Positions 42,795 through 53,394 of a stretch of DNA of 64,000 nucleotides are shown piece after piece (the first letter of the stretch is position 1; every line of letters begins with the position of its first letter). A program made the translations under genes and the position numbers. The notes under the pieces are model-generated. The model was not told the origin of the DNA, searched no databases, and saw nothing but the letters and a program-made list of their open reading frames with translations. Origin of the DNA: Gammaproteobacteria bacterium. Lineage in GTDB: Bacteria; Pseudomonadota; Gammaproteobacteria; SZUA-152. Where the stretch lies: NCBI GenBank assembly GCA_021647705.1, contig JAKIUF010000002.1, positions 137,295 to 201,294 on the forward strand. Direction: 5' to 3'.

Positions 42795-44552
42795 ATGTCC
42801 GGCCGCATCCCCACATCTTTTATTGACGAGCTGCTAGTGCGCGTGGACATTGTTGATGTCATCGACAGTCGTGTGCAGTTGAAAAAGACGGGTCGCGAAT
42901 ACCAAGCCTGTTGTCCTTTTCACAACGAAAAAACCCCCTCATTTACCGTTAGTCCCGATAAACAGTTTTATCACTGCTTCGGCTGCGGTGCGCATGGCTC
43001 AGCGCTGGGTTTTCTCATGGAGTACGAGCATTCGAGTTTTGTGGAGGCTGTGGAGGAGCTGGCCTCCGGAGCAAGCATGGAAGTGCCGCGAGAGGCGGGC
43101 CAGGTTTTCAGCGGGCAAAGCCATCATGGTCTTTATGACGTAATGGAAAAGGCCACGCAATTTTATCGTCAGCAGCTGAAACAGCATGAGCAGGCGTCGC
43201 GCGCCACGGAATATCTTAAAGGCCGCGGTCTTACTGGTGAAGTGGCCGCTGCGTTTGAGCTGGGTTTTGCGCCATCGGGCTGGAATAATCTTGGTGCCAG
43301 CTTGCTCGCGCAGGACATCAGTGAAACGCAGCTGGTGCAGGCCGGGTTGATTGTGAAAAAAGACAGTGGTGGTTATTACGACCGGTTTCGTGAGCGCATT
43401 ATGTTTCCAATCCGTGATCGCCGTGGCCGGGTGGTGGCTTTTGGTGGGCGACAGCTGGGTGGTGATGACGGCCCCAAATATCTTAACTCTGCAGAAACGG
43501 CGATTTTTCACAAAGGTCGCGAGCTTTATGGCCTGTTTCAAGCTCGCAAGGCGGAGCGCAAACTCGAACGACTGCTGGTGGTGGAAGGTTACATGGATGT
43601 GGTGGCATTGGCGCAATTCGACGTGCGTAATGCAGTGGCCACTCTGGGTACGGCCACTACGCATGACCACCTGGAGCGCCTGTTCCGGGTGGTGCCGCAG
43701 ATCGTATTTTGTTTTGACGGTGACCGCGCCGGACGACAGGCGGCATGGCGTGCGCTGGAAAATGCCCTGCCAGTCTTGAGCGAAGGGCGACAGATTCTGT
43801 TTATGTTTCTGCCCGATGGCGAAGACCCGGACACTTTGGTGCGTAAAGAGGGCAAGGACGGTTTCGAAGCGCGGGTCACAGACGCCACCTCATTTTCCGA
43901 CTATTTTTTTGGCGAGCTTAGTGCCGCCGTTGATATGGCGAGCATTGATGGTCGGGCCCGATTGGTGGAGCAGGCGCGACCATTGCTGGAAAAGCTGCCG
44001 AAAGGCGTATTTAGGCATATGATGGCCGCACGTTTGGCAGAAATCGCTAAAGTTGATGTTTCGGCCCTTGGTGGGCTGATGACGACGAGACGGTCGCCAT
44101 CACGGGCTTCGTTTCGAACAGCGCCGATTAAAGGAGCGCCATCTCTCGTGCGCACAGTTATTCAGCTGTTATTGCATCGGCCAGCATTGATTGCATGCAT
44201 TGATGACTGGTCAGTATTGCAGGGATTGGAGCAGCCGGGGCTTTCTTTATTGCGGGGATTGGTTGAATTGTTGCAACAGAACCCACAACTTAGTTGCGGA
44301 GCCATTGTCGAACATTGGCGTGCCCAAGGGCAGAATGAAGAGGCAGGACACCTTGCCCGGTTGGCTGGACAGTCATTAATGCTGCCAGAAAATGGGCTGG
44401 AAACAGAGTTTATCGCAGCGGTCGAAAAGCTGGCCATGCTGGGGGATGAACAGCGCTGGGAATATCTGGAATCGAAGGTGCAGCTGGGTTCGGCCAGTGA
44501 TGCTGAAAAAAGCGAATATTTTGCGCTAAGCTCCAGAGGTCGTCAGCGATAA
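42795..44552 (+). CDS. dnaG: DNA primase
   Basis: Zn-ribbon CPFHNEKTPSF, TOPRIM domain, C-terminal DnaB-interaction domain. Confidence 0.95.
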   Translation: MSGRIPTSFIDELLVRVDIVDVIDSRVQLKKTGREYQACCPFHNEKTPSFTVSPDKQFYHCFGCGAHGSALGFLMEYEHSSFVEAVEELASGASMEVPREAGQVFSGQSHHGLYDVMEKATQFYRQQLKQHEQASRATEYLKGRGLTGEVAAAFELGFAPSGWNNLGASLLAQDISETQLVQAGLIVKKDSGGYYDRFRERIMFPIRDRRGRVVAFGGRQLGGDDGPKYLNSAETAIFHKGRELYGLFQARKAERKLERLLVVEGYMDVVALAQFDVRNAVATLGTATTHDHLERLFRVVPQIVFCFDGDRAGRQAAWRALENALPVLSEGRQILFMFLPDGEDPDTLVRKEGKDGFEARVTDATSFSDYFFGELSAAVDMASIDGRARLVEQARPLLEKLPKGVFRHMMAARLAEIAKVDVSALGGLMTTRRSPSRASFRTAPIKGAPSLVRTVIQLLLHRPALIACIDDWSVLQGLEQPGLSLLRGLVELLQQNPQLSCGAIVEHWRAQGQNEEAGHLARLAGQSLMLPENGLETEFIAAVEKLAMLGDEQRWEYLESKVQLGSASDAEKSEYFALSSRGRQR

Positions 44553-44666
44553 ATTGTATATTAAACATACATTATCACTATGCGGTCGAAACTGGTCGCC
44601 AAAGTTCGGAAAAGTCGGTTATAATGGTCGGCTATTTTGGGTCGGTGTTGAGGGCTGGTCAATTAC

Positions 44667-46529
44667 ATGTCTATGAATGCAGAGCAACAATCGCAATTAA
44701 AACTGTTGATCGCGAAGGGTAAGGAACAGGGCTACCTGACGTATCGGGAGGTCAATGACCACCTGCCCAGCGGTATTGTCGAAGCGGATCAGATTGAAGA
44801 TATCGTTCGCATGATCAACGATATGGGCATCGTCGTGCATGAAGTGGCTCCAGATAAAGACAGTATCGTGTTGTCTGAAGATGGTGTGTCCACTGACGAA
44901 GATGCGGCCGAAGAGGCCGCCGCTGCACTGGCTAAAATTGACAGCGATTTTGGTCGTACCACCGACCCCGTACGCATGTACATGCGTGAAATGGGTACGG
45001 TGGAATTATTGACCCGCGAGGGTGAAATTGTCATTGCCAAACGCATCGAAGATGGCATTAATCAGGTAATGAATGCCCTGTCACATTATCCTGGCACTAT
45101 TTGCAAGGTATTGGACATTTCTGAAAAAGTGGAAGCGGGCGAAACCCGTCTTACCGATTTGCTTTCCGGTTTTGTGTCGGAAGACGATGAGATCCCCGTG
45201 CCTGCCCCCGCGCCAGCGGCAAATAAAAATGACAAAACATCGGAAGGCGGCAAGTCTGATGATGACGAGGAAGAGGCTGTAGATACCGGGCCTGATCCTG
45301 AAGAAGCAAAAGAGCGATTTGCCTCCATTAGAAAACTGTTTGGCAAACACGCCAAGGCAGCGGAAAAATATGGCCGTGCAGATAAACGCTGCGAAAAAAT
45401 ATACACTCAGATGGTCGATGAACTGGCGGAAATCAAGCTGGTGGCCAAAGTATCGGAAATGCTGGTGTCCAATGTGCGCGGAATCGTGAACAGTGTGCGC
45501 TCCCATGAACGGGTGATCATGGATATTTGTGTCAGCAAAGCCCGTATGCCACGCAAGGATTTCATCACCTCTTTTCCTGATAACGAAACAGACCTGAATT
45601 GGCTGCAACGACAGATTGATGCCAAAGAAAATTATTCTGCGGTGCTTGCGGATTATGCGGATGAAATTCGTCGTGCCCAAAATAAATTGGTAGCTTTGCA
45701 GGAAGAAGCGGGTATCTCCATTGGCGAAATCAAAGAAATTAATCGCAAGATGTCCATTGGTGAAGCCAAGGCCAGACGCGCCAAAAAGGAAATGGTGGAA
45801 GCCAACCTGCGTCTGGTGATTTCCATTGCCAAAAAATACACCAATCGCGGGTTGCAGTTTCTCGATCTGATCCAGGAAGGCAACATTGGCTTGATGAAAG
45901 CTGTGGACAAGTTTGAATACCGTCGTGGTTATAAGTTTTCGACCTATGCCACTTGGTGGATTCGTCAGGCCATCACCCGTTCCATCGCGGATCAGGCGCG
46001 CACCATTCGTATCCCCGTGCATATGATTGAAACCATTAACAAACTCAATCGTATTGCGCGACAAATGTTGCAGGAAATGGGACGTGAGCCCACGCCGGAA
46101 GAATTGTCAGAACGCATGGAAATGCCGGAAGACAAAGTGCGTAAAGTACTGAAAATTGCCAAAGAGCCTATCTCCATGGAAACGCCTATTGGTGATGACG
46201 AAGACTCGCGCCTAGGTGACTTTATTGAAGATGCCAACCTGCTGTCGCCAGTGAACTCAGCCACTTTCGAGGGTTTGCGTGAAGCTACGCTGGATGTGCT
46301 GGACGGCCTGACCGCCCGTGAAGCCAAAGTGCTGCGCATGCGTTTTGGTATTGACATGAATACCGATCACACGCTGGAAGAAGTCGGCAAACAGTTTGAT
46401 GTGACGCGTGAGCGTATTCGTCAAATCGAAGCCAAGGCCCTGCGCAAACTGCGCCACCCCAGCCGTTCGGATAACCTGCGCAGCTTTATCGACGCAGAAA
46501 AAACCGAACAGTCTTCATCGGGGTCTTAG
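44667..46529 (+). CDS. rpoD: RNA polymerase sigma-70
   Basis: Regions 1.1-4.2 including the acidic non-conserved region. Confidence 0.95.
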   Translation: MSMNAEQQSQLKLLIAKGKEQGYLTYREVNDHLPSGIVEADQIEDIVRMINDMGIVVHEVAPDKDSIVLSEDGVSTDEDAAEEAAAALAKIDSDFGRTTDPVRMYMREMGTVELLTREGEIVIAKRIEDGINQVMNALSHYPGTICKVLDISEKVEAGETRLTDLLSGFVSEDDEIPVPAPAPAANKNDKTSEGGKSDDDEEEAVDTGPDPEEAKERFASIRKLFGKHAKAAEKYGRADKRCEKIYTQMVDELAEIKLVAKVSEMLVSNVRGIVNSVRSHERVIMDICVSKARMPRKDFITSFPDNETDLNWLQRQIDAKENYSAVLADYADEIRRAQNKLVALQEEAGISIGEIKEINRKMSIGEAKARRAKKEMVEANLRLVISIAKKYTNRGLQFLDLIQEGNIGLMKAVDKFEYRRGYKFSTYATWWIRQAITRSIADQARTIRIPVHMIETINKLNRIARQMLQEMGREPTPEELSERMEMPEDKVRKVLKIAKEPISMETPIGDDEDSRLGDFIEDANLLSPVNSATFEGLREATLDVLDGLTAREAKVLRMRFGIDMNTDHTLEEVGKQFDVTRERIRQIEAKALRKLRHPSRSDNLRSFIDAEKTEQSSSGS

Positions 46530-46596
46530 TCAGCGGTCTTTATTGGTCCCGCAATTTTCCTGATTGCGGGCAAGATGTTAGAATTTCCCACGTTTG

Positions 46597-46672
<76 letters not shown>

Positions 46673-46755
46673 TATAAACAATGAATTTCTTTGAGTACAT
46701 GAGGGCGCGCCAAACCAGCTTCTCGTCACGTACATTTTGAATTTCTGCGTAATTA

Positions 46756-46784
46756 TTGACAGCTAAAAACATTGGGCGTAAAGT
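46756..46784 (+). promoter_or_regulatory. Sigma-70-like promoter (TTGACA-17-TAAAGT) upstream of leader peptide and rtcB
   Basis: Near-consensus -35 with 17-bp spacer and TAAAGT -10 just downstream of tRNA-Ile2. Confidence 0.45.
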
Positions 46785-46826
46785 CCCGCCCACTATTTTC
46801 AATTCTAACTAAACAGGAGGTCATTA

Positions 46827-46877
46827 ATGTTAAAAACCCCAACATTCAAGAGCCTCGTGCCCTTTACCGCCCGGTAA
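46827..46877 (+). CDS. Putative 16-aa leader peptide MLKTPTFKSLVPFTAR with strong SD, followed by a hairpin
   Basis: AGGAGG 7 nt upstream of ATG; hairpin CCGGCCAGTACAGGCCGG at 46885-46902 then T-rich run. Confidence 0.3.
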   Translation: MLKTPTFKSLVPFTAR

Positions 46878-47006
46878 ATTTATCCGGCCAGTACAGGCCG
46901 GGCTCCTACAAAATAACAGTTTTTTAATTTTGTCGGCACTTGTCGATGCGTTGGATTATTACGTCCAGCGTAATTGTTCAACTGTGTCGCGCTGTAGGAG
47001 AAATGC

Positions 47007-47369
47007 GTGAAAATTAATAACAAATGGCTGGATGAGGTGGCATGTCTGTGTGCTGAACCGGGTCCAGAGGATGGTATAGATCCCCGTTACTTGAGTAGTG
47101 TTCAAGGGCGAATAGTGGATCACCAAAAATCATCAAGGTTATGCAATGAAATTGTAAAGGTGTTGTCGTTGGTGTTGGCAGGAGAAATGAGTAACCCGGT
47201 GTTACAAGCGCTGCTGGTTGTTGATGTTACTACAGAAGGTAATGGACAGTATTTACGTGTCAGCCTGGGGTGTCTGGAAGAAGGCGTGGAGATTGATGAA
47301 ATCCCAGGTATTAGCCGCGCTGATACAAGTTCAGGGTTATCTACGCTCAGTCATCGCACAACATATTAA
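47007..47369 (+). CDS. Hypothetical protein upstream of rtcB
   Basis: 120 aa, no recognisable motif; co-directional and adjacent to rtcB. Confidence 0.4.
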   Translation: MKINNKWLDEVACLCAEPGPEDGIDPRYLSSVQGRIVDHQKSSRLCNEIVKVLSLVLAGEMSNPVLQALLVVDVTTEGNGQYLRVSLGCLEEGVEIDEIPGISRADTSSGLSTLSHRTTY

Positions 47370-47433
47370 TCGTAAACATGTTCCGGCATTAAGGTTTCAT
47401 TATGTCGGATTAATTGAGCTAGGATGAATCGTT

Positions 47434-48631
47434 ATGCCTATTCAAAAAATAATCAGCAAGGGCAAAGTGCCGGTGAAGATCTATACCGATGAGGTGGAGG
47501 TAGCGGCGATGCAACAGCTCTATAACATGGCACAGTTACCCTTTATTCATAGTCATTTGGCGGTGATGCCAGATGTACATATGGGGAAAGGGGCGACTGT
47601 CGGATCAGTAATTCCGACTAAAGGCGCGATTATTCCGGCCGCTGTAGGCGTGGATATTGGTTGTGGTATGAATGCTGTTCGCTTGTCTATCAAAGCAAAT
47701 GATTTGCCGGATAATTTGCGTGCAATTCGTTCGACGATTGAAGAGGCGATACCCGTTGGTTATAACATGCATAAACATGATCGTGCCAGGGAATCGACGA
47801 TCCGTGCATTGTCCAGCGGATTGGACAGTATTTTAAGAAAGCATAAAAAAATCTATTCGATGCAGAAAAAACCCTATCAAACATGGATAAGGCAAATAGG
47901 AACATTGGGAGGAGGCAACCATTTTATTGAATTATGTCTGGATGAAAATCAGGATGTTTGGATTATGTTGCATTCGGGGAGTCGAGGTATCGGTAATGTC
48001 ATTGGTCAGTATTTCATTGCTTTGGCGAAAAAAGATATGGGTCAATATATTGTGAATTTGCCGGATAAAGATTTGGCTTATTTTACCCAGGGAGCCAGGC
48101 ATTTTGCTGATTATGTGGAAGCGGTTGAGTGGGGACAGGACTATGGCCATGGCCAATCGTCGTGAAATGATGCATTTCATTATCGAAGCTTTGCGGAAAA
48201 AACTGCGCAAGTTTGGTGTTACCAAAGAAGCGATTAATTGCCATCATAATTACGTGTCAAGAGAGTTTCATTTTGGTGAAGATATTTTTGTGACACGTAA
48301 AGGAGCGATTAGCGCAAGGGAAGGTGAGTTGGGAATTATCCCAGGAAGCATGGGCGCCAAATCATTTATTGTGAAGGGTAAGGGTAATCCGCAGTCATTT
48401 TGTTCTTGCGCACATGGTGCGGGGAGAAAAATGAGCCGTGCAGCGGCAAAGCGTCAATTCAGTGAGAGTGATGTGAACTTGCAAACAGAGGGCGTTGAAT
48501 GTCGGAAAGATAAAGGAATTATTGATGAGATTCCGGCTGCCTATAAAGACATCGATCAAGTGATGAAGCATCAAAGTGATCTGGTGGATATTGTGCATAC
48601 CCTTAAACAAATTGTCTGTGTGAAGGGTTAA
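47434..48631 (+). pseudogene. rtcB: RNA-splicing ligase RtcB, interrupted by a frameshift near 48104-48165
   Basis: N-terminal ORF (GVDIGCGM, GGGNHFIE, HSGSRGIGN) and C-terminal ORF (HNY, IPGSMG, SCAHGAGR) overlap out of frame at GGCCATGGCC. Confidence 0.6.
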
Positions 48632-48660
48632 AAAATATTTATAAAACAAAGGAGGAAATA

Positions 48661-48864
48661 ATGACAAGGCCAAGAGACTGGGTTGCCCGTTCGCCGTTGA
48701 TGCGTAAAGGCGGAGCCCATGTTAAATCGAAAACCGGGAAGCGTATGCGTGCTAGGCTTGATTTGGATGATGCTCTTTGTGAATGGTATGAAGAGGACAA
48801 ATTAGATATAAACGAAAAGGGGAGCCATCGGCTCCCCGTAGTTTATACGCTAGCCTCATTGTAG
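48661..48864 (+). CDS. Hypothetical small basic protein
   Basis: 67 aa, SD-like aaaggaggaaataATG. Confidence 0.35.
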   Translation: MTRPRDWVARSPLMRKGGAHVKSKTGKRMRARLDLDDALCEWYEEDKLDINEKGSHRLPVVYTLASL

Positions 48865-49289
48865 AATGTGAGATTATATTTCATTGATGGATGTTGATGA
48901 TTAAAAAAACAAAAAAATATCATTCTAATAAAAGTTTAATGTAAAGAAATATAAAGTTACAAAATAGGATGAATCACCTAAATTTATAGGTATTGTTATT
49001 TTTTAGATTAATGTGCAGAAATAATAATTGATATTTAATGTAAATATTTTATTGCAATTAAAAGTTTGTTAACTATAATGTCGCCAACATGAAAACTTTA
49101 GCCACAAATCAATCACCCTCCATCATCGCCCACAGGGCTATGCTGTTTTGTGGGTTGGGTAATAATTTGCAAATGAGCGGTATGATTTTAGATATAAACG
49201 GTAATTATAAAGAAACAATACTGATAAATAATACATTGACGTAATTAGTCTGCCACTTAGTGGAAGGCTAAAGCCTTCCCGGAAAAGAT

Positions 49290-49325
49290 AATTAAACCCT
49301 GGAAGGAAACGACCAGGGTTTTTTA
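49290..49325 (+). terminator. Rho-independent terminator-like hairpin
   Basis: CCCTGGAAGGAAACGACCAGGG plus T6. Confidence 0.55.
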
Positions 49326-49562
49326 TTGGGTACGATTTGAGAAAGTTGAAATAAATGAAACAGATAAAACAAATATTTAATACTGAGTCACGACTTATGA
49401 GACTTGCTCCATTTGACGAGATTCATTTTCCATCACGATTGGTAGAACCCATGAATGTACATTTATGTGCTTATTTTTTGGGTGACGCCATGAACTGACC
49501 TTCTGCCTATTAATTGCTTGCGGAAGGAGATAAAGAAAGCCTTCCGCGGGCAAGGTGTAAAA

Positions 49563-49610
49563 GCCCCGGAAGCCATCGAAAGATGTTGTTTACCGGGGTT
49601 TTTTTATGCC
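49563..49610 (+). terminator. Rho-independent terminator-like hairpin
   Basis: CCCCGGAAGCCATCGAAAGATGTTGTTTACCGGGG plus T7. Confidence 0.5.
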
Positions 49611-49848
49611 TCCAGCAACCCACAACGCGGTTAGCTGTGATCTTTAACAATTTGGGAATGTAACTGATTGCTGGATTTATCCAGTGTAAGGGTGAGCTTT
49701 GTCTGAAGGTTTTTGTTGTCAGGAAAGTTGTGCGGCGGATAGTTAACCCGCTGTATTGCTGGCTCGTTCAGCCACCCGTTTTTGTTAGGGGTATCGCTCA
49801 ATCAATGTAATGGTTGAGTGTTATTGATTTATCGGTAAAAAAATATAT

Positions 49849-49924
49849 TGGCAAGTGCGCTACCCGGTAGGCGGTCTCACTGTTAATGAGGTGTATGCCG
49901 GTTCGAGTCCGGCCTTGCCAGCCA
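49849..49924 (+). tRNA. tRNA-Asn(GUU)
   Basis: Hand-folded cloverleaf: acceptor TGGCAAG/CTTGCCA, anticodon arm TCTCA-CTGTTAA-TGAGG, T arm GCCGG-TTCGAGT-CCGGC, ends GCCA. Confidence 0.65.
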
Positions 49925-49953
49925 ATTAACTGTCTGAAAAGGAGGTATAGAAA

Positions 49954-50142
49954 ATGAAGGTGATGAAGCTAGAGAGACGATTTGAATCATTAATCGCGAC
50001 GATGAATGTACCTCAAACCCGAAAGAAAGGAACTGCAATTAATGCATTGTGGTTTTTAAGGGATGGGGCAATTGCTAACAGAACACATAAAAATGTTCAT
50101 GAAGCCAGTGAGATTGCGGTGAAATTAGCTAACGCTCATTAA
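49954..50142 (+). CDS. Hypothetical 62-aa protein inside the tRNA array (strong SD)
   Basis: AAAGGAGG 8 nt upstream of ATG. Confidence 0.4.
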   Translation: MKVMKLERRFESLIATMNVPQTRKKGTAINALWFLRDGAIANRTHKNVHEASEIAVKLANAH

Positions 50143-50169
50143 CGAAGAATGAATTTATTAAGCAGTATA

Positions 50170-50242
50170 TGCACCTGTAGCTGAGTCGGAATAGCGCGAC
50201 ACTGAAAATGTCGAAACGGTCGTTCAATTTGTCCCAGGTGCA
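50170..50242 (+). tRNA. tRNA-Phe(GAA)-like, probably degenerate (imperfect T-stem, no encoded CCA)
   Basis: Perfect acceptor GCACCTG/CAGGTGC, D arm, anticodon arm CGACA-CTGAAAA-TGTCG; T-arm pairs poorly. Confidence 0.4.
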
Positions 50243-50250
50243 TCAGATAT

Positions 50251-50327
50251 GGCCCGTTAGCATAGTGGTTGGATGCAAACGATTGTCAGGCGTGAGATCG
50301 CGGATTTAAATTCCGCACGGGCCGCCA
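50251..50327 (+). tRNA. tRNA-Asp(GUC)-like, degenerate (weak anticodon stem, T-loop TTTAAAT)
   Basis: Perfect acceptor GGCCCGT/ACGGGCC plus GCCA, D arm GCAT/ATGC, loop TTGTCAG gives anticodon GTC. Confidence 0.35.
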
Positions 50328-50586
50328 GTAGCGCCGCAGGTAATGACAGTAAACAACTTGTGAGCACGGCTGAAATATAGCCAAGGTGTGAACCAGAGGA
50401 CTTGGCCATTTGTTAATCCTCAGTTGGTTGTTTAACCAAAAAGTAGGTATGGCGCAGTTATTGATGAAATGGGGCGACCATTACTTGCGGTTTTTTTTAA
50501 AGTCACATTCGCTAAGCTGGCAGGGTTCTCAATCAATAATCGAGGGATCCCTGGTTGAGGCTTAGGATGTGGCACCAATGATTAAT

Positions 50587-50663
50587 GGTGAAAGTAGCTT
50601 AATGGGTAAAGCTTCTGATTGTGAATCAGATAGATGCCGGATCATCCCCGGTCTTTCACCCCA
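50587..50663 (+). tRNA. tRNA-His(GUG) with G-1, C73 and encoded CCA
   Basis: G-1 + GTGAAAG/CTTTCAC acceptor, anticodon arm TCTGA-TTGTGAA-TCAGA, C73, CCA; T-loop ATCATCC is non-canonical. Confidence 0.6.
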
Positions 50664-50696
50664 TTATTATTTAAATAATAAAAGGGAAAAGAAATT

Positions 50697-50772
50697 GGGT
50701 TGCTAGCTCAACTGGCAGAGCAATCGCCTTTTAAGCGATAGGTTCGGGGATCGTTCTCCCGGCAGCCCACCA
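50697..50772 (+). tRNA. tRNA-Lys(UUU)
   Basis: Acceptor GGGTTGC/GCAGCCC, D arm GCTC-AACTGGCA-GAGC, anticodon arm ATCGC-CTTTTAA-GCGAT, ACCA end; T-loop ATCGTTC unusual. Confidence 0.6.
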
Positions 50773-50927
50773 AACATCACATGTTACATCATTGTAATGT
50801 GATAACAGCGTTGAAACAGCACTGCATTGTTCAGCGGTTCAGGTTCTGTATGCCTGGCCTGCGCACCAACACTTAGCGAAAGCAATCGTACGGTGTGTAC
50901 AGATCAATTGTGGTGATTTCGACATCC

Positions 50928-51001
50928 ACCAGGATAGCTCAGTTGGGTAGAGCAACTGATTTTTAATCAGTTTGTCGCAGGTTCGATTCCTGCTCCAGGC
51001 A
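50928..51001 (+). tRNA. tRNA-Lys(UUU)-like with two acceptor-stem mismatches (possible pseudogene or att remnant)
   Basis: D arm GCTC-AGTTGGGTA-GAGC, anticodon arm ACTGA-TTTTTAA-TCAGT, canonical T arm GCAGG-TTCGATT-CCTGC; acceptor ACCAGGA/TCCAGGC mismatched; no CCA. Confidence 0.35.
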
Positions 51002-51423
51002 TCAGCTCAAAAAGCTGACGGGTAAAGGCGAAAGCCTGTGGTTCGAGTCCACATTAGGATATTTACATCCACAACAGGGTGATGCTTCGGTATATGTCAG
51101 CATAGATATTATATCTGTCTGACATTGACGACGCACCTGATGTCTTGTGAGATTTACTGCATTCTCATTAATGTATCTGGCAACGATATTGTTGTATTCA
51201 CAGGATTGTGAATAGCGTTATTGCCCCCGGATACATTTAGTCTGAATTGCGTATATCCCCCGCAGCTTGAGCGTGGGGCATCACCCGCCAAATTCAATAA
51301 AATTTTAAAATAAATAAGGAGAAAGGGTCATGAAAATTTGATTGTGTCGGTATGACAACCTGGTAACAGGTGCCGAGTAAGAGAATCGTCACGTAAATGT
51401 CACAAGTTGTAGGAGGTAACACA

Positions 51424-52575
51424 ATGTTTGCATATAAGCGTATTGTCGTTGCACAGCATGAGCGTGGTTTGTATCTGAAGGACCGTACGATTCAGGAGAT
51501 TCTCTCGCCAGGTGTGTACCGTATATTTGATCCGATGGGTCGAATTTCAATTGAAATATTTGATCTGACGACTCCGGAGTTTTCTCATCCTTATGAGGAT
51601 GTATTGATCAGGGAACAAAAGCCACTTTGTGACACATTTTTCCAGAGTGTTGAGCTGACTGAGACTGAGGTCGGACTGGTCTACAAAAACAACAAGCTGA
51701 AGGATGTTTTGCCACCGGGTACGCGCCAGTTGTACTGGAAAGGATTAATTGATGTGCAGGTAGAAATATTGAACATTGAAAATGACTTTGAAGTGCCACG
51801 GCAGAAAGTGAACCTGATCGCGCATGCACGATCGAATTCGCTGCCTGCCAGCGTTGTTAACTACGTGTACCTTGCTGAGGTAGCAGATAACCATATGGGT
51901 TTGTTGATTGTCGATGGTGAGATGGTGAAAGTGTTGACGCCGAGTTTGTACGTTTATTGGAAATTCAATCGCAAGGTCATTGTTGAGCAGGTTGACCTGC
52001 GTTTGCAGTCAATGGAAGTCACAGGTCAGGAGATTCTTACCAAAGACAAGGTGACTCTGCGTGTCAATTTGTCTGCCCAGTATGTTGTTGCTGATGCGGT
52101 GAAAGCACGCAATGGTCTTTCTGATTTTTCTGGCTACCTGTATCGTGAGTTGCAGTTTGCTTTGCGTCAGGTGGTGAGTTCGCGCACCTTGGATATCCTG
52201 TTGGTTAACAAGGGTGAGCTGGATCAGGCGATCTATAGCGTGATTCGTCCAAAGGCAAATGAGCACGGTATTGATGTGCGTAGTGTAGGTGTGAAGGATG
52301 TCATCCTGCCAGGTGATATGAAGGACATTCTTAACAAGGTTGTGCAGACTGAAAAGCTTGCGCAGGCAAACGTCATCAAGCGTCGTGAAGAAACAGCGGC
52401 GACGCGTTCGCTGTTGAACACGGCGAAGCTGATGCAGGATAACCCAACCTTGATGCGTTTAAAGGAGCTGGAAGTTCTGGAGAAAGTATCGGGCAAGGTT
52501 GATAAGTTGACCGTCTTCGGTGGTTTTGATGGTGTGCTGAATGACACAGTGCGGATCAATGTCCGTCCGGATTGA
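51424..52575 (+). CDS. SPFH/band-7 (stomatin/prohibitin-like) domain protein
   Basis: SPFH domain across the central region plus coiled-coil C-terminus; possible earlier start at 51397. Confidence 0.7.
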   Translation: MFAYKRIVVAQHERGLYLKDRTIQEILSPGVYRIFDPMGRISIEIFDLTTPEFSHPYEDVLIREQKPLCDTFFQSVELTETEVGLVYKNNKLKDVLPPGTRQLYWKGLIDVQVEILNIENDFEVPRQKVNLIAHARSNSLPASVVNYVYLAEVADNHMGLLIVDGEMVKVLTPSLYVYWKFNRKVIVEQVDLRLQSMEVTGQEILTKDKVTLRVNLSAQYVVADAVKARNGLSDFSGYLYRELQFALRQVVSSRTLDILLVNKGELDQAIYSVIRPKANEHGIDVRSVGVKDVILPGDMKDILNKVVQTEKLAQANVIKRREETAATRSLLNTAKLMQDNPTLMRLKELEVLEKVSGKVDKLTVFGGFDGVLNDTVRINVRPD

Positions 52576-52753
52576 TGTGAATGAGCACAGGCAGGGTCGG
52601 TAATTTGGCCGACCCTGCTATTTATTTTTCCAGCTGCTTTTCAGGCAGCGGGTATGTCAGAAAAACCAGGTCAGTATATTCCCGAATTGTGAAGTGTTGA
52701 ATATCATAAGTGATTGGTTGTGATAGTGTAATATAATAGACAGGGGTACTGAT

Positions 52754-53329
52754 ATGAACGTTTATCCACTCATTCTCAAGCTGGATAAGGCAGGCAATCC
52801 ATTGAAGTGGATTGACTATGAGGCGGCTATTAATCTCTATGCCAAAGACCTGGTTATCACTTCTTTGGGTGATAAAAGTATGGTCTTTCATGGTGGTGTG
52901 AATGCGATTTCGCACAGGCGCTCAAAGATCGAGGTTGGCTCAATCCTGTTAACGACAGCACGGGTGAATAATCGCAAATGGGTAGCCGGCGCTGTACATC
53001 CACTGACCAACCGTACACTGTTTCGGCGTGACGGTATGCTGTGTCTATATTGTGGTGATTCTTTCGCAGAGCGAAATTTAACGCGCGACCATGTTGTGCC
53101 CACCAGTCGGGGTGGCAGTGATTCATGGACGAATGTTGTTACGGCCTGTGTACGCTGTAATAATCGTAAAGGTAATTCCCTGCTGGAGGACATTGACATG
53201 AAACTGCAAGCTGTACCGTTTGCGCCCAACTATGCGGAATGGATGGTGTTGTCTAATCGCCGCATCATGGGGGACCAGATGCAGTTTTTGAAGGCTCGCT
53301 GCCCAAAGGGCAGTCGGTTGTGGAGTTGA
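52754..53329 (+). CDS. HNH endonuclease
   Basis: CLYCGDSF..TRDHVVPTSRGGSDSWTNVVTACVRCNNRKGN HNH motif with Zn-ligand cysteines. Confidence 0.8.
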   Translation: MNVYPLILKLDKAGNPLKWIDYEAAINLYAKDLVITSLGDKSMVFHGGVNAISHRRSKIEVGSILLTTARVNNRKWVAGAVHPLTNRTLFRRDGMLCLYCGDSFAERNLTRDHVVPTSRGGSDSWTNVVTACVRCNNRKGNSLLEDIDMKLQAVPFAPNYAEWMVLSNRRIMGDQMQFLKARCPKGSRLWS

Positions 53330-53394
53330 CGATGTTGCCGGGGTCTGTTTGCTGACAGACCCCGGATTTCTTGGAAGGTATTTTTAAAAACGGG

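Noticed and set aside
42999-43670. 223-aa ORF (-) within dnaG
   Set aside because: Antisense to the conserved primase gene.
45081-46064. 327-aa ORF (-) within rpoD
   Set aside because: Antisense to the highly conserved sigma-70 gene. The translation is low-complexity.
51015-51050. tRNA T-arm-like fragment (GTGG-TTCGAGT-CCAC) after the last tRNA-like gene
   Set aside because: No matching acceptor or anticodon arms could be folded. It is probably a remnant or chance match.
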